A stretch of DNA of 59,602 bases, filler included. It is 7 parts of 7 records of this genome, joined end to end, with 100 filler letters (N's around TTAATTAATTAA, not from the genome) between each part and the next. Parts side by side here need not be neighbours in the genome. Positions count along the whole stretch, not along the records: positions 30,028 to 35,312 come from DRR723986_8651; positions 35,413 to 44,540 come from DRR723986_8655; 5 more parts are not named here. One strand, 5' to 3'. Positions within the stretch are counted from its first letter, which is position 1. Every line of letters starts with the position of its first letter. This document shows positions 32,022-42,144 of this stretch, piece after piece. The notes below the pieces were generated by a model. It was not told where the DNA came from, made no database searches, and saw nothing but the letters and a program-made list of their open reading frames with translations. A program made the position numbers and the translations under genes.

Positions 32022-33224
32022 TCAGGAGCGGGCATGCCAGGCTTCAGGCCGGGGCACGAAGAACGCGAATACCAGGCCAAACGCCAGTGCTGCCACCCCG
32101 ATGCCGAAAGCCGACACCAGGGTGCCTCCCGCATCCAGCCACTGTTTGGTCAGCCAGGGGCCGATCATCTGGGTAAAGCCATACAGTGCCACCATCGCCG
32201 CCGACAGGCGCGGGCCCTGATGCGGATGCAGCGCGCGCCCGATGCGCTGGGTCAGCAATACCGTACCCAGGAAGGTGCTGCCGACCAGGGCGGCACACAA
32301 CACCAAGCCCAAGGCGCCAGGCCAGACCACGGTGGCCAGCACACCGGCCAGCTGAATCAGAAAATTCAGGCGAAGGGCGGGCAAGTCTCCCATCAGGGCC
32401 CCCAGTTTGTTCCACAGCCAGGGCGCCGGGATGGTGAACAGGGCGACGATCACCCAGGTGCCGTCCAGCAAGGCGTGGCCCTCAGGCAGTTCCAGTTTTG
32501 CCAACAGGGGCAGGAAGGTCATGGGCAGGATGTAGCCCAGGCCCGCCCCGGCATAGGACAGAAACAGCGGGATGCTGGCGCGATCCAGCAACGGGGTATT
32601 GACCACTGCCTTACCGGCGTCATCATGCTGGCGCACCGGTACCTCCAGTTGCCGTAACTGCATGGCACCCCACCAGGCCAGGGGAATCGACAACAGGGCA
32701 GCCGGCCACCAGCGCTCCGCGCCCTCCAGCAGGCCGGCGGTTCCGGTAACCAGGCCGCTGGACACCAGCAGCCCTACACCAACACCGATATAGACCAGAC
32801 CGCTGAGAGAGGCCCGGTTGCGCAGTACCAGCCACTCCAGAATCAGAGCTGGCGCCTGGACGAATACCACGCCGTTCGCCACACCGTTCAGCCAGCGGGT
32901 GACAGAAATCACCGTCAACTGGTCGGTCTGGGTCACGATCAGCGTGGTGACCACATGAACCGCCAGGAAAAGAGGCAACATCAGCCGGATCTGGTCGATT
33001 CTGTGCCAACGGATGGCCAGCATTGCCCCCATCAGATAGCCGAGGTAGTTCCAGGTGGCCACCGCAGCTCCATCCGGCGCGTTGAACTGGTTATCGGCCA
33101 CCAGGTAGGGCAACAACGGGGTGTAGATGAATCGGCCAAGGCCGTGGACAACCAGCAACACCAGGCTACCGGCGAGCAGAACCGTAAACAGTTGCCTGGG
33201 GGTGGGGGTATTTGCAGAAGTCAT
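32022..33224 (-). CDS. YbfB/YjiJ family MFS transporter
   Basis: GLGRFIYTPLLP, NYLGYLMG, GLGYILPMTFLP; about 12 transmembrane segments. Confidence 0.88.
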   Translation of the reverse strand: MTSANTPTPRQLFTVLLAGSLVLLVVHGLGRFIYTPLLPYLVADNQFNAPDGAAVATWNYLGYLMGAMLAIRWHRIDQIRLMLPLFLAVHVVTTLIVTQTDQLTVISVTRWLNGVANGVVFVQAPALILEWLVLRNRASLSGLVYIGVGVGLLVSSGLVTGTAGLLEGAERWWPAALLSIPLAWWGAMQLRQLEVPVRQHDDAGKAVVNTPLLDRASIPLFLSYAGAGLGYILPMTFLPLLAKLELPEGHALLDGTWVIVALFTIPAPWLWNKLGALMGDLPALRLNFLIQLAGVLATVVWPGALGLVLCAALVGSTFLGTVLLTQRIGRALHPHQGPRLSAAMVALYGFTQMIGPWLTKQWLDAGGTLVSAFGIGVAALAFGLVFAFFVPRPEAWHARS

Positions 33225-33306
33225 GGCATAGGCCCGGTCGTCAGGTTATCAACGGAAACCGGGTAGTGTAGGTGACTAACCAATGCTTGTCAGTGAGACC
33301 TTCGCC

Positions 33307-33963
33307 TCAGCCTGGCTGGCGATTGGCGTTGGCCCACTGGTAGATACGCTCAAAGGCTTCGGCCAGCTGTTCCGGCTTGTGGGGTGGCTGGATCAGCGCC
33401 TGAACGTCGCCGTCCGGATTGAGCAAGGCAAAATGCCCGCTGTGGTCCACCAGCAACTCGCCATTCACCTGCCGGTGCACAAACACCGCGCTCACGCTCT
33501 TGGCGACCTGGCGCAGGGTGTCCAGATCGCCGGTCAGGCCGTGGAAATGCTCACCAAAGAAATCGGTATAGGCCTTCAGCTTCGCCGGGGTATCGTGCTC
33601 CGGGTCTGCCGAGACCAGCAGATAGTCCGGTTGGGGTAATTCCGGGGACAGCAACTGGTCGGTACGGCGCAGATTGGCCATGGCAGCGGGGCAGATGTCC
33701 GGGCAATTGGTATAGCCCACAAACACGAAGGTCCACCGGCCCCGGAGATCTTCCCGGGTGACCGTCTCTCCTTCCTCGTTGGTCAGAGAGAACTCCACCA
33801 GGGGCCTTGGCTGGTCGTAGACATAGGCGTTGTACTGGCTGAGATCCGGCGCCGGTACCGGTTCGCCCCCCACCAGAAAGATCTGCCGACCCACTGTCAG
33901 GCCGAACACCAGCACCACCAGCAACAACAGAGCAAACAACGTGATCCGAATCGACCGCCCCAT
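33307..33963 (-). CDS. SCO1/SenC copper chaperone
   Basis: GYTNCPDICP, DPEHDT, VDHSG. Confidence 0.94.
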   Translation of the reverse strand: MGRSIRITLFALLLLVVLVFGLTVGRQIFLVGGEPVPAPDLSQYNAYVYDQPRPLVEFSLTNEEGETVTREDLRGRWTFVFVGYTNCPDICPAAMANLRRTDQLLSPELPQPDYLLVSADPEHDTPAKLKAYTDFFGEHFHGLTGDLDTLRQVAKSVSAVFVHRQVNGELLVDHSGHFALLNPDGDVQALIQPPHKPEQLAEAFERIYQWANANRQPG

Positions 33964-33995
33964 AGGGTCTCCCAACCAGGCTTAACCCCGGCCAG

Positions 33996-34916
33996 TCAGG
34001 CCGGGACAAAGACAAAATGATCTACCAGCAACACCACAAACAACGCCATCAGATAGGTGATGGAATATTTGAAGGTGTTCAGCGCTACCCGCCGGTCGTC
34101 GCCGCGCAGCAGGCGAACAGCATATTGCAGGAACCTCAAGCCTAGCGCCAGGGCGCCCACCAGGTAAATACCGCCGGACATGCCTGTGACAAACGGTAGC
34201 AGGCTGACGGCCAGCAGCATCAGGGTATAGAGCAGAATATGCAGTTCGGTGTAACGATTGCCGTGGGTCACCGGCAGCATGGGAATACCAGCCTTGGCGT
34301 ATTCCTCCTTGCGGTGGATGGCCAGAGCCCAGAAATGCGGTGGCGTCCAGGCGAAGATGATCAGAACCAGCAACAGCGCGTGGCCTTCCACCTGGCCAGT
34401 GACCGCGGTCCAGCCCAGCAGTGGCGGCATGGCACCGGCCAGCCCACCGATGACAATGTTCTGTGGCGTCGCCCGTTTCAGGAACAGGGTGTAAACACCG
34501 GCGTAACCCACCAGGGAGGCCAGCGTCAGCCAGGCGGTTAGCTCGTTCACCTGCCACACCAGCACGACCATACCCAGAGCCGCCAGCACGGTAGCAAACA
34601 GCAGGGCGTCCAGCGGCGCAATCCGGCCAGTCGCCACCGGCCGTTTGCGAGTGCGGGCCATCACGGTATCAATCTTCTGATCCACCACGTGGTTCACCAC
34701 CGCAGCCGCACCGGCCAGCAGGGCGATTCCCAGGTTGCCAAACAGCAGCACGCTCCATCCGGGAATGCCTGGTGCTGCCAGCAGCATGCCGATCACCGAG
34801 GTAAGAATCATCAATGCCACTACCCGGGGCTTGGTCAGTTCCAGGTAATCGCGCCAGGAAATAGGGCTCGCATGCGTTGAATTCTGGATCGGCAGCGCCT
34901 TCACTTGCTCGCTCAT
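33996..34916 (-). CDS. cyoE: protoheme IX farnesyltransferase
   Basis: LTKPRVV, DTVMARTRKRP, WTPPHFWAL. Confidence 0.96.
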   Translation of the reverse strand: MSEQVKALPIQNSTHASPISWRDYLELTKPRVVALMILTSVIGMLLAAPGIPGWSVLLFGNLGIALLAGAAAVVNHVVDQKIDTVMARTRKRPVATGRIAPLDALLFATVLAALGMVVLVWQVNELTAWLTLASLVGYAGVYTLFLKRATPQNIVIGGLAGAMPPLLGWTAVTGQVEGHALLLVLIIFAWTPPHFWALAIHRKEEYAKAGIPMLPVTHGNRYTELHILLYTLMLLAVSLLPFVTGMSGGIYLVGALALGLRFLQYAVRLLRGDDRRVALNTFKYSITYLMALFVVLLVDHFVFVPA

Positions 34917-35312
34917 GCCGTAACCTCCCGGTTTATGGTTGTTGTATGAGGTGCGGGGGATAGTGCTGGCAGGGCCAGCTGATGATGCCGCCAGATCAGG
35001 TGCACCATCGACAGTAACAGGCCGGCGCCCATGGCGTTATGGGCAACGGCGACGATCAGGGGAATGTGCAGCCAGACGTTGGTCAGCCCCAGACAGAACT
35101 GGAGCACCAGGGCACCGCCCACCAGAGCGATGGCCCTGTCGAGACCGCTCTGGGCTCGCTGGCGCCACAGCAGCCCCAGCAATATGGCCAGATAACCCAA
35201 CACAAGGACCGCGCCCAGGCGATGGCTGACGTGAATAGCAACCCGGCCATCGCTGGTCAGCTGGCCGCCCAGATAGTTGGGACCAACATGTTGGGTGATA
35301 TCAAATCCATGC
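34913..35312 (-). CDS. ctaA: heme A synthase COX15/CtaA, C-terminal fragment
   Basis: GPNYLGGQL..AIHVSHRLGA..QFCLG..AVAHNAMG. Confidence 0.88.
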
Positions 35313-35412
35313 NNNNNNNNNNNNNNNNNNNNNNNNNNNNNNNNNNNNNNNNNNNNTTAATTAATTAANNNNNNNNNNNNNNNNNNNNNNNNNNNNNNNN
35401 NNNNNNNNNNNN
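35313..35412. other. artificial contig linker
   Basis: N-padded TTAATTAATTAA. Confidence 0.99.
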
Positions 35413-35773
35413 CAAGATGTGCAACCAGATTGCCATCGCCGGGCTGGTGCAGGGCCTGTCAGAGGCGCTCCATTTTGCTGAAAAGGCCGGGTTGGACGGA
35501 CGCTCGGTTGTAGAGGTGATCAGCCAAGGCGCTGCGGGCAGTTGGCAGATGGCAAACCGGTATGAGACCATGCTGGATGACCATTTTGAACACGGGTTTG
35601 CAGTCGATTGGATGCGCAAGGATCTGGGCATCTGTCTGGACACGGCCAATGAAACCGGGGCCTCGCTGCCAGTCACCGCTTTGGTCGATCAGTTTTACAA
35701 GGACGTTCAGAAACTGGGCGGTGGGCGCTGGGATACCTCGGCCCTGATCAAGCGACTGCGGGCGCTGGACTAA
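35413..35773 (+). CDS. beta-hydroxyacid dehydrogenase family protein, C-terminal part
   Basis: KMCNQIAIAG, GAAGSWQM, GFAVDWMRKDL. Confidence 0.9.
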
Positions 35774-35789
35774 GCTTTGGCTCCTTGCT

Positions 35790-35820
35790 GAATGGCGCCG
35801 TGCTATCCACGGCGCCATTC
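35790..35820 (+). terminator. hairpin downstream of the oxidoreductase
   Basis: GAATGGCGCCGTG-CTATC-CACGGCGCCATTC. Confidence 0.6.
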
Positions 35821-35881
35821 CATTTGAAGGTTTCGACAATAGCCATGTGCGGGGCGTCACAAGGCAACAAAGGACACATCC

Positions 35882-38800
35882 ATGAATCTGGATTTCTGGG
35901 CAGACTCTCTGCCGCGCACTTGGGGTATTTCTGGTAAACTGACCCGGCTGGACGGGGAATATGACCTGAACTTTCTTGTCGAAGCAACGAATGGCAAAGA
36001 CTACGTATTGAAAGTCATGCGTGCCGCCTGCGCCGCCGATCTGGTTGATATGCAGATCAAGGCGCTGGCCCATATCGCCGAAGCAGCACCTGGCTTGCCC
36101 TTTCCCAAGGTGTTTCCCAGCCTTGCTGGCACGTCCTTGCCCGAGTTGACGGATGAAGAAGGCCAAACTCGGCTGGCATGGCTGCAAGAACGGCTGCCGG
36201 GGGACTGTTACGCAAAGATGGCGCCCAAATCGCTGAGCCTGATCCTGAAACTCGGTCGCGTGTTGGGCGCAACGGATCGCGCTCTGAAAGACTTCCATCA
36301 CGACGGGCTGCACCGAGATTTCAAATGGGACCTGATGCAGGCGGGATGGGTTGGCGAGCAGTTGACCGCCATCTCTGACCCACAGCGCCAAGGCTTGCTG
36401 CGTGAGATCACCAACGCCTTTGCAGCGGTTAAACCCACGTTGGAGAGCCTGCCGAAACAAGCGATCCACAATGACGCGAACGATTACAATATCCTGATTG
36501 ATGGCGATCTGGGCGAGGCCAAACAGGTCACCGGCCTGATCGACTTGGGCGATATGTGTGCCGCGCCACGTGTCTGTGATCTGGCGATCGCAGGCGCGTA
36601 TATTGTTCTCGACCATCCGAACCCCGAGGCCGCGATTGTCGCACTGGTCCAAGGGTATCACGCCGCTGCCCGTCTAAGCCCGCAAGAGATCGATCTGATC
36701 TGGCCGCTGTTGCAAATGCGTCTAGCGGTCTCGGTCGTCAACTCGACCCTGATGGCTGTCGAAAACCCAGAAGACCCCTATGTCACCATTTCACAGGCCC
36801 CGGCTTGGCGGTTCCTCGAAAATCCCGCGGTGAATGGCGGTCTGATGTCCGCCCGCCTCAGGGCCGCATGCTACATGCCCGTGACCGATGGCGCGGATCG
36901 CATTCATGCCTACCTGAACGCACACCGAGGTGAATTTGCCCCCCTGTTTGAGCGCGATTTGAACGATGTGCCTATGGGGTCGCTTTCTGTTGAGAACTCA
37001 ACATGGCCGCAAAACCCGTTCGACATGCCCCTCAGCGAAGCGGCACAGGTTGGAGCCGAATATGGCCCCGAATGGTGGATGGGGTATTACAATGAACCGC
37101 GTCTGATCTACGCTGAGCCGGGGTTCCGCAAAGGCCCGTGGAAAGCCAGCGATCGGCGTACTGTGCACTTGGCGGTGGATGTTTTTGCCCCTGCAGGATC
37201 ACTTCTACATGCGCCGCTCAGCGGGCGTGTAGAAGCGATCGAAAACCGCACCGGTCATCTGGATTACGGAGGGGTCGTGATCCTGCATCATGAAACCCCT
37301 GAGGGCGATCCGTTCTATACCCTCTATGGTCATCTGGACCCAGAGGTGTGTGATCGTCTGAAACCGGGTGATCCGGTGGCACAGGGTGCCACATTCTGCC
37401 GGTTGGGGGATGCCACGCAAAACGGCGGTTGGGCCCCGCATGTGCATTTCCAATTGGCGCTGACCACCGATGGCATGCAAAACGACTGGCCCGGTGTCGG
37501 GGATCCGGATGAGATGTATCTGTGGCATGGGGTGTGCCCCAATCCTGCGGCCTTGCTGAACCTGCCAGACGACAAAGTGTTTTACGAGCCAGTCAACAAA
37601 GACGCGATCTTGCAAGGGCGGCACGATCATTTCGGCGGCAACCTCTCCCTGACCTATGATGATCCGGTCATGTTAGTGCGCGGGTGGAAGCATCATATGT
37701 TTGATGAATGGGGTCGCCCCTATCTGGATGCATACAACAACGTCCCCCATGTCGGGCACGCCCATCCCCGCATTCAGGCCGTCGCTGCGGATCAGCTGAA
37801 GCGAATGAACTCCAACACGCGCTATCTGCATCCTGCCCAAACTGCCTTTGCTGACAAGATCCTGTCAAAGCTGCCCGATCAGTTCGAGGTCTGTTTCTTT
37901 GTCAATTCGGGCACCGAGGCCAACGAATTGGCCCTACGCTTGGCCCGGGCCCATACGGGCGCCAAAGGGATGGTGACACCAGATCACGGCTATCACGGGA
38001 ACACCAATGCGGCGGTCGCGATATCCGCGTACAAATTCAACAAGCCGGGCGGCATCGGTCAGGCGGATTGGGTTGAGTTGGTCGAGGTCGCAGATGACTA
38101 TCGCGGCAGTTTCAAACGGGACGACCCGGACCGGGCGCAGAAGTATGCGGATCTTGTTGATTCCGCCATTGCGGCCTTACAAGAAAAAGGCCACGGGCTT
38201 GCCGGTTTCATTGCCGAAACTTTCCCTTCGGTTGGTGGGCAAATCATCCCTCCCAAAGGGTATTTGGCAGCGGTCTATGAAAAGATCCACGCCGCCGGGG
38301 GCGTATGTATAGCCGACGAAGTCCAAACCGGCCTTGGTCGACTTGGCGACCACTATTTTGGCTTTGAACATCAAGGTGCCCTGCCCGACATCGTGGTGAT
38401 GGGCAAACCCATTGGAAACGGCCATCCGCTGGGCGTGCTGGTGACAACCAAAGCCATCGCGGAAAGCTTTGACAACGGGATCGAGTTCTTTTCGACCTTT
38501 GGCGGCTCAACCCTGTCCTGTCGCATCGGCAAAGAAGTGTTGGACATCGTTGATGACGAAGGGTTGCAGGACAATGCCCGCGAGATGGGCAACATGTTGA
38601 TCTCCGGACTGAAAGAGCTGGAAGCCGAATTTGGCTGCGTTGGGGATGTGCGGGGCATGGGGTTGTTTCTGGGCCTTGAACTGATCAACCCGGATGGGTC
38701 CGAAGGCACGGAAATCTGTAAATACGTCAAAAACCGCATGCGCGATCATCGTATCCTGATTGGCAGCGAGGGGCCCAAGGACAACATCCTGAAAATCCGT

Positions 38801-38941
38801 CCGCCACTGACGATCGAGCAAGAGGATGTAGAGATGATCCTGATCACTCTGCGTGCGATTTTGGGTGAAGTTGGTGATTTTTCACCCGCTGCACCGGTTC
38901 CAGACCATGATCACCATCACGCTGGATGTGGCTGCTGCTAG
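35882..38941 (+). CDS. tri-domain protein: hydroxylysine-kinase-like APH, M23 peptidase, class-III PLP phospho-lyase
   Basis: IHNDANDYN and IDLGD (APH); HLAVD, LYGHL, PHVHF (M23); YLDAYNNVPHVGH, DEVQTGLGR, MGKPIGNG (class-III aminotransferase, AGXT2L-like). Confidence 0.92.
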   Translation: MNLDFWADSLPRTWGISGKLTRLDGEYDLNFLVEATNGKDYVLKVMRAACAADLVDMQIKALAHIAEAAPGLPFPKVFPSLAGTSLPELTDEEGQTRLAWLQERLPGDCYAKMAPKSLSLILKLGRVLGATDRALKDFHHDGLHRDFKWDLMQAGWVGEQLTAISDPQRQGLLREITNAFAAVKPTLESLPKQAIHNDANDYNILIDGDLGEAKQVTGLIDLGDMCAAPRVCDLAIAGAYIVLDHPNPEAAIVALVQGYHAAARLSPQEIDLIWPLLQMRLAVSVVNSTLMAVENPEDPYVTISQAPAWRFLENPAVNGGLMSARLRAACYMPVTDGADRIHAYLNAHRGEFAPLFERDLNDVPMGSLSVENSTWPQNPFDMPLSEAAQVGAEYGPEWWMGYYNEPRLIYAEPGFRKGPWKASDRRTVHLAVDVFAPAGSLLHAPLSGRVEAIENRTGHLDYGGVVILHHETPEGDPFYTLYGHLDPEVCDRLKPGDPVAQGATFCRLGDATQNGGWAPHVHFQLALTTDGMQNDWPGVGDPDEMYLWHGVCPNPAALLNLPDDKVFYEPVNKDAILQGRHDHFGGNLSLTYDDPVMLVRGWKHHMFDEWGRPYLDAYNNVPHVGHAHPRIQAVAADQLKRMNSNTRYLHPAQTAFADKILSKLPDQFEVCFFVNSGTEANELALRLARAHTGAKGMVTPDHGYHGNTNAAVAISAYKFNKPGGIGQADWVELVEVADDYRGSFKRDDPDRAQKYADLVDSAIAALQEKGHGLAGFIAETFPSVGGQIIPPKGYLAAVYEKIHAAGGVCIADEVQTGLGRLGDHYFGFEHQGALPDIVVMGKPIGNGHPLGVLVTTKAIAESFDNGIEFFSTFGGSTLSCRIGKEVLDIVDDEGLQDNAREMGNMLISGLKELEAEFGCVGDVRGMGLFLGLELINPDGSEGTEICKYVKNRMRDHRILIGSEGPKDNILKIRPPLTIEQEDVEMILITLRAILGEVGDFSPAAPVPDHDHHHAGCGCC

Positions 38942-38950
38942 CGCCAAATG

Positions 38951-38978
38951 CCTCTGACCCAAAAGGGTCAGAGGTTTT
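38951..38978 (+). terminator. rho-independent terminator
   Basis: CCTCTGACCC-AAAA-GGGTCAGAGG-TTTT. Confidence 0.85.
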
Positions 38979-39017
38979 GTTAGGTTCTAAAAATTCCTGC
39001 TAAAAACCCAAACAGGC

Positions 39018-39491
39018 TTAGTGCACCACCGCCGTGTGCGGCCGGTGCGTCTCCACTTGATAGGATTGCGGCAGCACCATACGGCGCAGCGCCAGTCCCA
39101 GCTTTTCGGACAGCCCCGCCAATGACGGCGCATAATCCGGGCGCACAAGCAAGGACGCCATCATCATTGCATCTTCGCGTTCCCCATCCGAGGCCGCGCC
39201 GATCATTTGCGCGAAACAGTTTTCATCTGCCCCGAGGCACGAACAACTCAATCCGTGTCGGATCATGGGACGACGGCTGTATTTGGCGCACAGTATACAA
39301 ATCTGCTCAAGCGTCATCATGGCCGCGCGCCCTTGCTCTGTTCCCAGCGCAAGGTTGAAATCGCTGGCCGCATCATCACGGCCATGCGCGCCGTCACTCC
39401 ACAGCCGCAGATACATCACCGCACCTGCTTCGACGGGGGCGAGATCTGCAAGGCGGCCAACCGCCGCCCCGCCACGATTTGTTGAACTCAT
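39018..39491 (-). CDS. hypothetical protein coupled to hemP
   Basis: ATGA overlap with hemP; RHGLSCSCLGADE cysteine motif. Confidence 0.75.
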   Translation of the reverse strand: MSSTNRGGAAVGRLADLAPVEAGAVMYLRLWSDGAHGRDDAASDFNLALGTEQGRAAMMTLEQICILCAKYSRRPMIRHGLSCSCLGADENCFAQMIGAASDGEREDAMMMASLLVRPDYAPSLAGLSEKLGLALRRMVLPQSYQVETHRPHTAVVH

Positions 39492-39658
39492 TTCGTCAGG
39501 ATCAACTTACCAGCGCGCGTGATACGCAGTGTATAAAGTTGATCACCCAGCTCAATATGCGCCAGATTTCCACCTTTGGTCAGCTCTTCGGCCCGGTGCG
39601 CGGGCAGCAGTGAGGTAATAGGATAGCCTTGGGTCGGGGTTGGGTTCTGGATATTCAT
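39488..39658 (-). CDS. hemP: hemin uptake protein HemP
   Basis: YTLRITRAGKLILTK signature; AGGAGA RBS. Confidence 0.93.
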   Translation of the reverse strand: MNIQNPTPTQGYPITSLLPAHRAEELTKGGNLAHIELGDQLYTLRITRAGKLILTK

Positions 39659-39835
39659 AGGATCATCTCCTGAGCGATGGGCAGGGGTACGCATAGCGCT
39701 GGCCGAACGGTTCTGATTTGAGGAAACGGTCATGAATTCAGCGCTTTGCATCGGGTCAACTGGTCGAAATGGTTTAAGTTCATTTTATCTGGCTGACCCG
39801 GTCCGATGTGGGTTGGCTGACGTTCTACGTGTAAT

Positions 39836-39852
39836 CTGACAAAAATAGTAAG
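39836..39852. promoter_or_regulatory. Iron-Rhodo-box-like site
   Basis: CTGACAAAAATAGTAAG, imperfect palindrome upstream of hemP. Confidence 0.6.
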
Positions 39853-39953
39853 GTACTGTCAACCCCAAAGCGTATGCTTTCAATACATGTTTAAATGTCT
39901 CATTGTCATTCACATCTATGAATGCGAGAATTTATAGAAAGAGGAGAGGCTGT

Positions 39954-40889
39954 ATGACACTGACACGCCGTAAAATGCTGCAAAATACGGGTCTGGCGTT
40001 GGCCGGAATGACAGGTCTGGGTTCGATTGCCCCCCGATCTGGTTGGGCCGCGACAGAGTTGAAACTGGGAACCACCCAGATCCACAGCCTAAGCGACGGT
40101 CATCTGGTCCTGCCCCCTGACTTCATCTTTGCCCCAATGCCAAAAGATGAGCTGGTCCCGATTCTGAATGAATATGGATTGGGCAATGGCCCTTTGACCC
40201 CATCGTGCAATGTGACCCTCATGCGAGACGGCGAGCGCACGGTCTTGTTTGATACCGGATCTGGCCCCGGTTTTCAGGAAACCGCTGGCAAATTGGTCGA
40301 TGCGCTGGATGCCTTGGGCCTAAGCCCCGAAGACGTCACGCATGTCGTGTTTACCCATGGCCACCCCGATCACCTATGGGGGGTGTTGGACGATTTCGAG
40401 GATCCGCTGTTTTCCGAAGCAGAGCACATGATTGGCCGGTCCGAATGGGAGTTCTGGCTAGACCCCAACACCGTCGACTCCATCGAAGAGGCACGGACCA
40501 CAATGGCAGTGGGTGCCAAGCGGCGTCTTGAGGTTCTGGAAGACAGCATTACGCTGTTTGACGATGGTCAGGAAATCCTGCCCGGCGTTGCTGCACATGC
40601 CTCATACGGGCACACGCCTGGGCATATGGCGTTTGAAATCCGGCAGGGGTCAAATTCGGTCATGGTTGTCGGGGATTCGATCGGCAATCACCACGTCGCC
40701 TTTGCACGCCCTGACTGGCATTCCGGGTCGGACCAAGATCGGGTAACTGCCGCACAGACGCGTATGCGCCTGCTGGATCATATGGCCACCGACCAGATGC
40801 AATTCATCGGGTATCATCTGCCTGAAGGGGGGCTAGGACGCGCCGAACGCAAAGACAGCGCATACCGGTTTGTCGCTGAGGGCGCCTAA
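39954..40889 (+). CDS. Tat-exported MBL-fold hydrolase
   Basis: TRRKML twin-arginine signal; THGHPDH, GHTPGH, GD and GYH motifs. Confidence 0.92.
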   Translation: MTLTRRKMLQNTGLALAGMTGLGSIAPRSGWAATELKLGTTQIHSLSDGHLVLPPDFIFAPMPKDELVPILNEYGLGNGPLTPSCNVTLMRDGERTVLFDTGSGPGFQETAGKLVDALDALGLSPEDVTHVVFTHGHPDHLWGVLDDFEDPLFSEAEHMIGRSEWEFWLDPNTVDSIEEARTTMAVGAKRRLEVLEDSITLFDDGQEILPGVAAHASYGHTPGHMAFEIRQGSNSVMVVGDSIGNHHVAFARPDWHSGSDQDRVTAAQTRMRLLDHMATDQMQFIGYHLPEGGLGRAERKDSAYRFVAEGA

Positions 40890-41038
40890 CACCTGCCATG
40901 GCCAGCATCGATTGAAGAGCTGGCCATTTTCAATCTTACAAAGCCTGTCGTCCAAAACAATCGGCCAAGCAGTTTTGACTTGCGCGTGATGCCTCGGGCA
41001 CCTGATATGCAAATATCCCAACCACAAGGCGGCCTGAG

Positions 41039-41704
41039 ATGACTGTAACCATTGTTTTTGATCTAGACGGCACCCTGATCGACAGCGCCCATGACATCGC
41101 AGCCGCAACCAATAAAATGCTGGCTGAGCAAGGTGTTGCCCCTCTGAGCGTTGCTCAGGTGACGTCCTTTGTGGGGGACGGGTTGCCCAGTCTGGTCGAA
41201 CGGGTCATGCGCCATTGTGAGTTGGACGCCAGCTTGCACCCTCAACTGTGTGACGCAACTCTGTCCCACTACAACGCGGCAGGGTCTGAATTGACCAAAG
41301 TCTACCCCGGTGTTTACGACGCCCTAAACACGCTGCGTGATCAAGGCTGCCATATGGGTATCTGCACGAACAAACCCGTTCAAGCCGCCCACCACGTCTT
41401 AGACGCCCTAAACCTTGCGCCCTATTTTCAGGCCGTGATCGGCGGTGACAGCCTGCCACAGCGCAAACCAGACCCAACGCCCCTGCTTACTACATTCGAT
41501 GCGCTACCGGCTGGTCACCTTGTTTATGTGGGCGATAGCGAGATTGACGCCGAAACAGCCCAGCGCGCGGCGATACCCTTTTTGTTGTTCACACAAGGGT
41601 ACCGCAAAACCGAAATCGATCAGATCCCGCACACCATCAGCTATGAGGACAGTCGGACCCTGCCCACCCTTGTAGCTCAGGCTTTATCTGCATCAGCCAA
41701 CTGA
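41039..41704 (+). CDS. gph: phosphoglycolate phosphatase (HAD)
   Basis: FDLDGTLIDS, CTNKP, RKPDP, VGDSEID. Confidence 0.88.
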   Translation: MTVTIVFDLDGTLIDSAHDIAAATNKMLAEQGVAPLSVAQVTSFVGDGLPSLVERVMRHCELDASLHPQLCDATLSHYNAAGSELTKVYPGVYDALNTLRDQGCHMGICTNKPVQAAHHVLDALNLAPYFQAVIGGDSLPQRKPDPTPLLTTFDALPAGHLVYVGDSEIDAETAQRAAIPFLLFTQGYRKTEIDQIPHTISYEDSRTLPTLVAQALSASAN

Positions 41705-42090
41705 GCCTCGATCCGGCCGCGAACATCGTCAGGCCAAGGCTGAGACCGGCCGAGCTTTTCAATGTAAACAAGCGTCGCAGAAGCCTTCAGCCGGAGTTCG
41801 GTTCCACAATGCGCCTCTAGCTCATAGCGCACGCTGCTGCGACCCAATTTGGTCGGGGTCAAACGAAACTCCAGCACATCCCCGTGCAGACTGGGCGCGG
41901 TAAAGCTCGCCTCGATCTGGGCTGTTGGGGCACCGTTGGCCATCACAAGCTTTTCAAATGGCAGATCCAGCGTCTCTGCAAACCAGTCTTCAACGACATC
42001 ATTGATCATTTCGAAATAGCGCGGGAAAAAGACAATGCCTGCAGGATCACAATGACGAAACCGGACGGGGACTTGTACTGTAAAAGCCAT
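41677..42090 (-). CDS. 4HBT-family acyl-CoA thioesterase
   Basis: VRFRHCDPAGIVFFPRYF. Confidence 0.9.
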   Translation of the reverse strand: MAFTVQVPVRFRHCDPAGIVFFPRYFEMINDVVEDWFAETLDLPFEKLVMANGAPTAQIEASFTAPSLHGDVLEFRLTPTKLGRSSVRYELEAHCGTELRLKASATLVYIEKLGRSQPWPDDVRGRIEAQLADADKA

Positions 42091-42144
42091 TCTTTAGGCT
42101 CCTCTATTCGTTTGCATGCAATCTTTCTATCTCAGCCCAAAACT

